Shown here: one piece after another, positions 40,022 through 48,678 of the stretch
Numbering within the stretch: position 1 is the first letter of the stretch
How the letters are laid out: each line of letters opens with the position of its first letter
From: Alphaproteobacteria bacterium
GTDB lineage: Bacteria; Pseudomonadota; Alphaproteobacteria; SP197
Direction of reading: 5' to 3'
Assembly (NCBI GenBank): GCA_965228895.1
Contig: OZ245842.1
Location: 576,001-640,000, forward strand
Length of the DNA: 64,000 nucleotides
The notes under the pieces: generated by a model
Told to the model about the DNA's origin: nothing
The model's database searches: none
Seen by the model: the letters and a program-made list of their open reading frames with translations, nothing else
Program-made: the position numbers and the translations under genes

Positions 40022-41107
40022 ATGGCACCGGCTGTTTCCGACATCTCCGACACGGAGCGCGTGGGCGGTGTGATAACCGTCGATAATCTGACGGCACGGG
40101 TTACGGCCATTCTGGCGCGGGCGGGCCTTGATCCGGAGGATGCCGCGCGGGCGGCCGATCTGTTGGTGTTTGCCCAGCGAAGCGGCATCGACTCTCACGG
40201 TGTCATGCATCTGCCGGCCTATGTTCGCCGGTTGCGCGACGGCAGCATCAAGGCAAGACCCAGCTTTGTGCTTGAGAGCACAGGCGGTGCAGCGGCGGCG
40301 GTCCTTGATGCCGATGATGCGCTCGGTTGCCTGGCGGCTTGGCGGGCGATGCGCGAGGCGACGGCGCTGGCAAAAGGGCAGGGGGTCGGCGCGGTCGCGG
40401 TCCGGCGCAGTTCCCACATCGGCGCCGCCTCGCCCCATGTGCTGTGGGCGGCGGAGCAGGGGTTCGTCGCGCTGTTGCTGTCGAACGCGTCGGCGACCAT
40501 GGCGCCCTGGGGCAGTCGCGACGCCATACTCGGCACCAACCCGCTGGCCGCCGCGTTCCCGCGCGCCGGAGCTGATCCCGTCGTTATCGACATGGCGACC
40601 AGTGCCGGATCACGCGCGGTCATGCGCCAGGCCGCGCGTGCGGGTGAGCCGATTCCCGAAGGCTGGGCGCTCGATACGGCGGGGCAACCAACGACGGATG
40701 CAAGTGCAGCTTTGGACGGCACGGTGCAGCCGGCTGGCGGCGCCAAAGGCTACGTGCTCTCCCTGATGATCGAGCTGCTGTGTTCTGCTCTTGCCGGTGG
40801 CGCACCGGGATTTGAGGTGCGCCCGCCGCAGGCGAGCGATAGCGCGCCGTGTGGGGTGAGCCATCTCGCTATCGTTTTCGATCCAGGCAAGTTTGCCGGC
40901 AGCGACACGGTTGCACAGCGTGTCTCGACACTTGCCGATCATATCGAAGCCAGTGCGGCAACCGACACCGATCGGCCGGTGCGCACGCCAGGCTCGCGCG
41001 CTGCTGCTCATCGTGCGGCCTGCGATCGCGATGGTCTTGTCATGACTCCGGCTCTCGCGGCCTCGCTCGATGAGGCCGAGTCCTTGGTTGGTGGGACATC
41101 GTCGTGA
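40022..41107 (+). CDS. Ldh_2 family oxidoreductase (ComC/AllD/DpkA family)
   Basis: GIDSHG, SHIGA, GTNP, DMATS, KGY, PG.R. Confidence 0.9.
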   Translation: MAPAVSDISDTERVGGVITVDNLTARVTAILARAGLDPEDAARAADLLVFAQRSGIDSHGVMHLPAYVRRLRDGSIKARPSFVLESTGGAAAAVLDADDALGCLAAWRAMREATALAKGQGVGAVAVRRSSHIGAASPHVLWAAEQGFVALLLSNASATMAPWGSRDAILGTNPLAAAFPRAGADPVVIDMATSAGSRAVMRQAARAGEPIPEGWALDTAGQPTTDASAALDGTVQPAGGAKGYVLSLMIELLCSALAGGAPGFEVRPPQASDSAPCGVSHLAIVFDPGKFAGSDTVAQRVSTLADHIEASAATDTDRPVRTPGSRAAAHRAACDRDGLVMTPALAASLDEAESLVGGTSS

Positions 41108-43173
41108 GCTACCAGATCGCTGTCGATATCGGCGGTACGTTTACCGATGGCGTACTACTGGACGATACCAACCACCGGATCTGGGTCGGCAAAACACTGA
41201 CCACCTATTACGACCCCGGCGACGGTATCGCCGACGTCATCGAACAGCTCATGGCTCAAAAACCCGATGATGACCGCGCGGTCTCACGAGTTGTTCACGG
41301 CACCACGCTGATCACCAACACGCTCTTGGAACGCAAGGGTTCGCGGGTCGCGCTGATCGTCAACCACGGCACCCGCGACACGCTCGATATCCGCCGCGAG
41401 CTCCGCTACGACATCTACGATCTCGCCATTACGTTTCCGCCACCGCTCGTCGCGCCGGACGACCGTTACGAAGTCTCGTGCCGCATCGGGCACGACGGTT
41501 CGTGCTGGCAGCCGGTCGACGAGGCGGAACTGACCGATGTTGTGGCGGATGTCGCGGCGTCTGGCGCCGAGGCCGTTGGGGTCTGTCTTTTGCATGCCGC
41601 TGTTTCCGGCGACAACGAACAAACGATCGCCAACGCCTTGAAAGCAGTGGCACCCGGGATTCCAACGACCTTGTCTTCGGAGCTTGCCGCTGAGATCGGC
41701 GAATACGAACGCATGTCGACGGTCGCGGCCAATGCCTATGTGCAGCCGATCGTCGCGCGTTATCTGGGCATGCTGGACCACCGCCTACATGATTTGGGTA
41801 TCGACGGGCGGCTCGACATTATGGTGTCCAATGGCGGTTTCACCGACGCCGAGCAGGCCGCGCGGTTCCCGATCCGCCTGCTTGAGTCCGGCCCCGCCGG
41901 CGGCGTGCTGAGTGCCATCAATTGTGGCGCCGTCAACGGCGTCGACCGCGTGCTTGCCTTCGATATGGGCGGCACGACGGCAAAGTCCTGCCTTGCCGTC
42001 GACGGCAAGCCGGAGATCACGCATCTCTTCGAGTTCGCGCGCGAACGCCGGTTCAAACGCGGCAGCGGCCTGCCCGCGAAGTCCCCGTCGATCGATCTGA
42101 TCGAGATCGGCGCCGGCGGTGGCTCGATCGCCAGGATCGATAGCCTGGGCCTGCTTCAGGTGGGTCCCGATAGCGCGGGGTCCGAGCCGGGGCCCGCCTG
42201 TTATGGCTTGGGCGGTGACGCAGCGACGGTGACCGATGCCGATCTGGTGTTGGGTTATCTCGACGCCGCACGTTTCCTCGGCGGTCGCATGACCCTGGAC
42301 GTAGATCGAGCACGCCGAGCGTTGAAGAAGACAGGCGAGGCGATCGGTCTCGATGTCATCGCGACGGCCTGGGGCATCCACGACATCGTCAACGAGAACA
42401 TGGCGGCGGCCGCGCGCACCCATATTGCCGAAAAGGGACACGATGCCCGTCGTTTCGCGATGATTGCCACTGGCGGCGCCGGCCCCGTGCATGCAGTCGA
42501 CGTGGCGCGACGGCTGCGCATCCGGCGCGTTGTCTGTCCGGTGGCTTCCGGCGTCGGTTCGTGCCTTGGCTTTCTCGCCGCCCCGGCGCGGAGCGACCGC
42601 TCGTGGTCAAGGGTCGAACAGCTTTCGCACGCCGATCTCGATGCCGCCGCGGTTCGCCTTGGCGAGGCCCGCGCTTCGGCAACGGCAGAGCTCGTCGCTG
42701 CCGGTGTCGAACCTTGCGCTGTGCAATGGCGGGCGACGGCAGAGCTTCGCTACGTCGGTCAAGGCAACACGGTCGAGGTGAACGTTGATAGCAAGCCGGA
42801 TCGCAAGGCGATCCTCGACGGTTTCGAAACGGCCTATGCCAGCGCTTTCGGGCGATTGGTGCCCGGCGGCGTGCCCGAGGTCGTGACCTGGCGGTTGGTC
42901 GGCACGTCGCCCATGCCGCCCCGGCCTTTCTCACTCGACGCCGCGAATGCCGGCGATATCGCGAAGGCGACGCGCCCGATCTACTTGCCGGATCACCAGG
43001 ATTACGCCGACGTGCCGGTCTACGACCGCTATAGGTTGCCAACCGGTACGCGGTTGGCGGGGCCGTTGGTGATGGTCGAGCCGGAATCGACCTTGATCGT
43101 CGCCTATCCGGCTGATGTCACGGTGCTGGACGACGGTAGTGTCGAGGTCGTGCTGGCGGAGATCAGCGCATGA
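41104..43173 (+). CDS. hydantoinase A/oxoprolinase ATP-binding subunit (copy 1)
   Basis: DIGGTFTD, HGTT, ESGPAGG, DMGGTT, IGAGGGS, GPACY. Confidence 0.94.
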   Translation: MSYQIAVDIGGTFTDGVLLDDTNHRIWVGKTLTTYYDPGDGIADVIEQLMAQKPDDDRAVSRVVHGTTLITNTLLERKGSRVALIVNHGTRDTLDIRRELRYDIYDLAITFPPPLVAPDDRYEVSCRIGHDGSCWQPVDEAELTDVVADVAASGAEAVGVCLLHAAVSGDNEQTIANALKAVAPGIPTTLSSELAAEIGEYERMSTVAANAYVQPIVARYLGMLDHRLHDLGIDGRLDIMVSNGGFTDAEQAARFPIRLLESGPAGGVLSAINCGAVNGVDRVLAFDMGGTTAKSCLAVDGKPEITHLFEFARERRFKRGSGLPAKSPSIDLIEIGAGGGSIARIDSLGLLQVGPDSAGSEPGPACYGLGGDAATVTDADLVLGYLDAARFLGGRMTLDVDRARRALKKTGEAIGLDVIATAWGIHDIVNENMAAAARTHIAEKGHDARRFAMIATGGAGPVHAVDVARRLRIRRVVCPVASGVGSCLGFLAAPARSDRSWSRVEQLSHADLDAAAVRLGEARASATAELVAAGVEPCAVQWRATAELRYVGQGNTVEVNVDSKPDRKAILDGFETAYASAFGRLVPGGVPEVVTWRLVGTSPMPPRPFSLDAANAGDIAKATRPIYLPDHQDYADVPVYDRYRLPTGTRLAGPLVMVEPESTLIVAYPADVTVLDDGSVEVVLAEISA

Positions 43174-44750
43174 CGGCCATCGACCCGGTCACGCTTGAGA
43201 TCGTCTGGACTCGGCTGATCAGCGTCGTCGACGAAGCGGCGGCGACCTTTGTGCGCGCCTCGTTCTCAACCTTGGTGCGCGAGGCGAACGACTTTGCGGT
43301 CGTGCTGACCGATCGCCACGGCCATAACATCGCCCAGTCGTCGCAAAGCATCCCGAGCTTCATCGCGACGGTTCCGATGACCATCCGTGCGTTCATCGCG
43401 CGCCATGGCGTCGACACGATGGAGGACGGCGATGCCTACATCACCAACGATCCCTGGCTTGGCAGCGGCCACCTGAACGATGCCACCGTTGCCATACCGA
43501 TCATGCGCGACGGCGAGGTTATCGCCTTTGCCGGTGTCGTCAGCCATTTGCCGGATGTTGGTGGACGGCTGCGTAATGCGGCCAACCGCGAACTCTACGA
43601 GGAAGGACTGCAAATCCCGCCGTGGCCGCTGCTGAAGGCAGGCAAGCCGGATGAGACGTTGACGGCGCTGATCCGTCAGAACGTTCGCGTGCCCGACGAA
43701 ACCATGGGCGACATCTGGGCGATGGTCGCGTGCTGCCGCACGCTGGGCGAACGTCTCAACGGACTGCTGAACGAGACCGGCATCGATCTCGACCGTTTCT
43801 CCGGCGAGATCATCAGCCGCACGGAAACCGCCATGCGCGAGGCGATCCGTCAACTGACGCCGGGTACCTATCGTTCCGTGATCGAGAACGACGGACCCGC
43901 CGAGATGCCGGGGGGCGTCATCCGTATTGCCTGTGCGGTGACGGTCGATGGTGACGAAATCACGGTCGACTATGCGGGTTCGAGCGAACAGGTCTCCCTC
44001 GCCATCAACACGGTGTTGAATTACACGTTTGCTTACAGCGCCTATGGTCTGAAGGCCTTGCTGGCGCCGTGGATCCCGAACAGTCACGGCAGTTTTGTGC
44101 CGATCCGCGTCACCGCGCCGGAAGGGTCGATCCTCAACCCACAGCGCCCGGCGCCGTGCGGCGCGCGCGGCATGATCGGTCATCTGCTGCCGCCGGCGAT
44201 CTTTGGCGCACTCGCGGACGCTTTGCCCGAACGCACGCAGGCTGTGCCGGGGTCGCCATCCAACAATGTGCAGCTGGCGTCGTCGCGCGGCGGTGTTCGC
44301 TACGCGGTCAACTGTTTCCTGGGCGCGGGCCAGGGCGCTTCCGCCGCGCAGGACGGTGCGTCGGCGATCAGCTTCCCGAGCAATCTTTCGAACACGCCGA
44401 TTGAGGTGATCGAGAACCAGGCGCCGCTCCATGTCATCGAGCGCTCGATCTGCCGCGGCTCCGGCGGTCGGGGTCAACGCCAAGGTGGCGATGGATTGCG
44501 CTTCGCGTTCGAGATGCTGGGCGAGACGCCGGCCATCGGTTCGTTCATGGTCAACCGGATCAGCAGTCCGGCACCCGGGTTGGCGGGCGGGGAACCAGGC
44601 AGGCCGGCACGGTTTGAGGTCAACGGGCGGCCGGTTGCCTCGGCCGGACAGCACGTCATCAACAAAGGCGATCGTGTTGTCATTGAAACAGGTGGTGGCG
44701 GCGGCTATGGCGTGCCCGACGGACACAAAAGCAAGGTGAAGACACAATGA
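43170..44750 (+). CDS. hydantoinase B/oxoprolinase subunit (copy 1)
   Basis: DPVTLE, NDPWLGSGHLND, HLPDVGG, EEGL, NTPIE, GGGGGYG. Confidence 0.94.
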   Translation: MTAIDPVTLEIVWTRLISVVDEAAATFVRASFSTLVREANDFAVVLTDRHGHNIAQSSQSIPSFIATVPMTIRAFIARHGVDTMEDGDAYITNDPWLGSGHLNDATVAIPIMRDGEVIAFAGVVSHLPDVGGRLRNAANRELYEEGLQIPPWPLLKAGKPDETLTALIRQNVRVPDETMGDIWAMVACCRTLGERLNGLLNETGIDLDRFSGEIISRTETAMREAIRQLTPGTYRSVIENDGPAEMPGGVIRIACAVTVDGDEITVDYAGSSEQVSLAINTVLNYTFAYSAYGLKALLAPWIPNSHGSFVPIRVTAPEGSILNPQRPAPCGARGMIGHLLPPAIFGALADALPERTQAVPGSPSNNVQLASSRGGVRYAVNCFLGAGQGASAAQDGASAISFPSNLSNTPIEVIENQAPLHVIERSICRGSGGRGQRQGGDGLRFAFEMLGETPAIGSFMVNRISSPAPGLAGGEPGRPARFEVNGRPVASAGQHVINKGDRVVIETGGGGGYGVPDGHKSKVKTQ

Positions 44751-45538
44751 GACACGAAGGAAAGGTGGCGGTTGTCACGGGCGCCGCGCAGGGGATCGGA
44801 TTGGCATGCTCGGCGCGGCTGCATGCCGAAGGTGCGCGTGTTGTCTTGAGCGATATTCAGGAGGAGAAGGTCAGGGAAGCTGCATCCGGCCTGGATAAGA
44901 GTGGAGACACAGCGCGCGCGATGGTGACCGATGCGGCGAAACAAGACGACATAGCGTCACTTGTCGGTTTCGCTACGGAAACTTACGGTCGCCTCGACAT
45001 CATGGTGAACAATGCCGGGATCAGTGTCGGCAAATCGGTGCTGGAAGTCAGCGAGGAGGAGTTCGACCGTGTGCTCGGCGTCAATCTGAAGGGCACCTTC
45101 TTCGGCACCCAGGCGGCCGCGCGTGTCATGGTCGGCCAGGAGGGCGGCGGCGCCATCGTCAACATGTCGTCGATGCAGGCGATCCTGGCGATTCCCGACC
45201 GCGTGCCCTACGGCATCTCCAAGGCGGGCATCAACCAGCTCACGCGCATCTTTGCGGTCGCGCTCGCCGATCAGAACGTGCGCGTCAACGCGGTCGGGCC
45301 GGGGACCATTCTGACCGATATGACGCGCAAGGGGGTTCTCTCCAACGAAGACTCCCGCCAGCGTATCCTGTCACGAACACCCATGGGCCGTTGCGGCGAA
45401 GCCGACGAGGTGGCCGGTGTCGTCTCGTTTCTGGCCAGTGACGATGCCTCCTATGTCACCGGCCAAGTGATCTATCCCGATGGCGGCCGCATGCCGCTCA
45501 ACTATACGGTCCCGGTCGACGCACTGCCGGGCACCTGA
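44747..45538 (+). CDS. short-chain dehydrogenase/reductase
   Basis: TGAAQGIG, NNAG, YGISK. Confidence 0.93.
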   Translation: MRHEGKVAVVTGAAQGIGLACSARLHAEGARVVLSDIQEEKVREAASGLDKSGDTARAMVTDAAKQDDIASLVGFATETYGRLDIMVNNAGISVGKSVLEVSEEEFDRVLGVNLKGTFFGTQAAARVMVGQEGGGAIVNMSSMQAILAIPDRVPYGISKAGINQLTRIFAVALADQNVRVNAVGPGTILTDMTRKGVLSNEDSRQRILSRTPMGRCGEADEVAGVVSFLASDDASYVTGQVIYPDGGRMPLNYTVPVDALPGT

Positions 45539-45558
45539 ACGGATCGCGGAAACTCGTC

Positions 45559-46389
45559 ATGACAACACCCTGTATCATTACTGTTGCGATCACCGGTTCG
45601 GTGCCGCGCAAGAAGGACACGCCGGCGGTGCCGGTCACTGTCGCCGAGCAGATCGAGTCGACGCACGCGGCCTATGCAGCCGGCGCCAGCCTGGTGCACA
45701 TCCACGTTCGCGACGATGACGAACGTCCGTCATCGGACCCCGATCGTTTTGGCGCCGTCCAGGACGGCATCCAAAAACACTGCCCGGGCATGATCGTCCA
45801 GTTCTCGACCGGCGCCAGGGGCCGGGCACTCGATCAGCGTGGCGGGATGCTGCATCACCGGCCCGACATGGCGTCGCTGGCGACCGGTTCGGTCAACTTC
45901 CCGACCTTCGTGAACGAGAACCCGCCGGACTTTATCGAAGGCCTGGCCCAACAGATGAAGGATTTCGGTATCAAGCCGGAATGCGAGGTGTTCGACCTCG
46001 CCATGCTCTATAACGCCGCCGATCTGGTGGCCCAGGGCCTGCTGGGCGACCCGCCTCACGTTCAGTTCGTGTTTGGTGTGAAGAACGCCTTGCCAGCGCG
46101 CCGGGAGATCCTCGAGTTTGAAGTCGCGCAACTAAAGGAGATATTGCCGAACGCGACGTGGACAGCGGCGGGCCTCGGCCGCCACCAGCTTGATGTCAAT
46201 CACTGGGCGCTCGAGCTTGGCGGGCACTGCCGCACGGGGTTGGAAGACAACATCCGTTTCGACAAGTCACGTCTGGCGACAAGCAATGCCGAGTTGGTCA
46301 GTCGTGTGGCCGGCCTCTGCGCGACCTATGACCGCCATCCGGCATCGCCGGAAGAGGCGCGATCCATCCTGTCGCTAACACCCGCTTGA
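45559..46389 (+). CDS. beta-keto acid cleavage enzyme (BKACE/Kce, DUF849)
   Basis: VAITG, HIHVR, QFSTG, KPECEVFD, RTGLEDN. Confidence 0.93.
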   Translation: MTTPCIITVAITGSVPRKKDTPAVPVTVAEQIESTHAAYAAGASLVHIHVRDDDERPSSDPDRFGAVQDGIQKHCPGMIVQFSTGARGRALDQRGGMLHHRPDMASLATGSVNFPTFVNENPPDFIEGLAQQMKDFGIKPECEVFDLAMLYNAADLVAQGLLGDPPHVQFVFGVKNALPARREILEFEVAQLKEILPNATWTAAGLGRHQLDVNHWALELGGHCRTGLEDNIRFDKSRLATSNAELVSRVAGLCATYDRHPASPEEARSILSLTPA

Positions 46390-46427
46390 CGGCATCGCGA
46401 CGAAATCCTACCCAAACAGGATTTGGA

Positions 46428-47861
46428 CTAGAGCTCCAGGCTGAGCGGCGCGATATCGAGCGCACGGCGCTTGGCGTGATCGTTGTTCGGGACATCGGCT
46501 TCCATGCGTACTTGCGCCTCGGCGAGCGCGTCATGCGCGGCATCAATATCGAAGCCCGTAGCGCGCCCGGCGGCAACAACCTGGCGGCCATCGACAAAAA
46601 CCTCGGTGACCGCCCGTTCACAGGACGAGAAGATCAGGCTCCTTAGCGGATCGCGCAGCGGGCGCATCGCCGGGTGGTTGGAGTCGACGAGGACGATGTC
46701 GGCGCGGCAGCCAGGTGCCAGGCGGCCCAGGTCATCGCGTCCAAGCGCCGTTGCGCCGCCGACCGTGGCGGCATGAAAGATGTCGGCGACCTGCAGGGTC
46801 TCGATATTCTCGGCCGCAATCCGCGCCAACACGATCGCCCAGCGCATCTCTTCAAGGAAGTTGTGCGGCAGGGTATCGGTGCCGATCCCCATGGTCACGC
46901 CGGCCCGGACGTAGCGGCCGAAATCCTCCAGCGTCTGGCCATAGCGGGCAAATGGCGTCGGACAATGGGCAACCGCCGCGCCGGATGAGGCGATCAGGTC
47001 GAGATCGCGCCGGGTCGACCAGTGCAGCCAGGAGTGCTCGTCGATAAAGATGGCGTGGGCCAGGATGGTGCGCGGTCCCAACAGACCGATCTCGTCGGCC
47101 CATTGCACCGGCGTTATGCCGTGACGCTGCACCATCTCGTTGAACTCGACGACGCTCTGCGAGATGTGGGTCGTCAGCCGGCGGTCTTCAGCCTCGGCCG
47201 CGCGCACGGTTTCCTTAAGCAGGTCTTCCGTGCAGGCGTCGATTACGCCTGGACTATAAAGGCCGGTAAGCCGACCACAGCTATGCCGGTCGGCCTCGTC
47301 CATGACAGCGCGCGCCGCGTCGAACGACGCACGCCCGCCATCGTCGGCCCAGTCGTATTCAAGCCGGTGGCCCGTCGTCATCTTCCATCGCGCCGAGCCA
47401 TACCACGGGGCGACCCAGGCCCTGAGGCCACTTGCCGCCAACGTGTCGAGCCATCCCGGCCACGCGCCGGAGATATCGACCAGGCTGGTGACGCCGCTTT
47501 GCAGGAGTTCCGCAAAGGCCACGGTGGCGCCGGCTTTCTGGCCCTCGGGGTCGAGATTAAAGGCGAGCGAGCGTTCGTAGAGACCGCTCATGTACATCGC
47601 CGGCACGCCATGCTCCTCACGGATGCCCTTATAGGATGGTTCGGTCGACGGATGACTATGCAGGTCGATGAAGCCGGGCAGAACGACACGGGAGCTGCCG
47701 TCGATATCGTTGTCGGACGCGCCGTCGAAGTGACCGCCGACGTGGAGGATGGCGCCCCCATCATCGAACGCGATGTCACCGCCCCTGAGATAACGATGCC
47801 GTTTCTTGTCCCCATCCCACGCGATGATCCAGTCGGCGTCGCGTATAACCGTGACTGCCAT
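46428..47861 (-). CDS. metal-dependent amidohydrolase (AtzA/SsnA/guanine deaminase family)
   Basis: PGFIDLHSH, THISQS, ILAH, GIGTD, ADIVL; start MAVTVIR. Confidence 0.9.
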   Translation of the reverse strand: MAVTVIRDADWIIAWDGDKKRHRYLRGGDIAFDDGGAILHVGGHFDGASDNDIDGSSRVVLPGFIDLHSHPSTEPSYKGIREEHGVPAMYMSGLYERSLAFNLDPEGQKAGATVAFAELLQSGVTSLVDISGAWPGWLDTLAASGLRAWVAPWYGSARWKMTTGHRLEYDWADDGGRASFDAARAVMDEADRHSCGRLTGLYSPGVIDACTEDLLKETVRAAEAEDRRLTTHISQSVVEFNEMVQRHGITPVQWADEIGLLGPRTILAHAIFIDEHSWLHWSTRRDLDLIASSGAAVAHCPTPFARYGQTLEDFGRYVRAGVTMGIGTDTLPHNFLEEMRWAIVLARIAAENIETLQVADIFHAATVGGATALGRDDLGRLAPGCRADIVLVDSNHPAMRPLRDPLRSLIFSSCERAVTEVFVDGRQVVAAGRATGFDIDAAHDALAEAQVRMEADVPNNDHAKRRALDIAPLSLEL

Positions 47862-48048
47862 ATCCCAACTCCACTGTTCGGCTTCGGTGAACGCTACGAT
47901 GGCACCCGGTAGACGAGAATTACCAGTGGAAACGCAGGCCGTCGTGCTGGGTGTGCGAGTCATCGGCGGTGATGCTGCCACCGAAATCAACGCTGTCCGG
48001 GCTCGCTTCGACGTCCGCAACCGAAAAGGTCAAGCCGGCAACGGCGTG

Positions 48049-48444
48049 TCAGGTGACCGCCGGTTTGATGTCGAGCAGAGCGGTGCCATCGGTGCAATCG
48101 AGACCGCCGACCGTCAGCGACCCGTCATCGATAGCAAACAGTCTGACCCGGCTCAGCCCGATCGGGTTGGGCCGGTGGGGCGAGCGTTTGCAGAAGACGC
48201 CGATGGGGTTTCCGGTGCGCCGCGACGTCTGGACGAGCTTGGCTTCGGAACGGTCGCCGCGGTCGAGCCAATAAAGGATGTCATAGAGGCGGCCGACCTC
48301 CATGCCGAGCAGTGCGGGCCGGTAACGTTCATGGATCTCAAGCCGACTCGGTGGGTTTTCGTCTCCGATATTGCTTGGGCAGTCATCGGTTTTGGCGTAT
48401 CCGGTAAAGATCCTGCCGATCGGCATCAGTGTCATGTCGTCCAC
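48049..48444 (-). CDS. stand-alone TrmO/TsaA-like SAM-binding barrel
   Basis: PIG, GVFCKRSPHRPNPIGLS, GLDCTDGTALLDIKP. Confidence 0.88.
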   Translation of the reverse strand: MDDMTLMPIGRIFTGYAKTDDCPSNIGDENPPSRLEIHERYRPALLGMEVGRLYDILYWLDRGDRSEAKLVQTSRRTGNPIGVFCKRSPHRPNPIGLSRVRLFAIDDGSLTVGGLDCTDGTALLDIKPAVT

Positions 48445-48678
48445 GTCTCGTCATCTCCCGCCTTGCTCGCTGCACATAGTCTCTAACTTTGTTGGAGTAA
48501 GTTAAAACATACTTTTCCTAAGCACCTTTTTGCGATCTCATGCGTGTGAAGGCAGTGGCTCCGTGCGGGTGGCTGCGGCACGCGGGTGGAGGACCCCCGT
48601 GATGATGTTTCTTGTGTCGTTCTCTCGCAATCGACCGAAGGCCGCTGACGCACCCGTTCCGACAGGGGACGGTTGACC

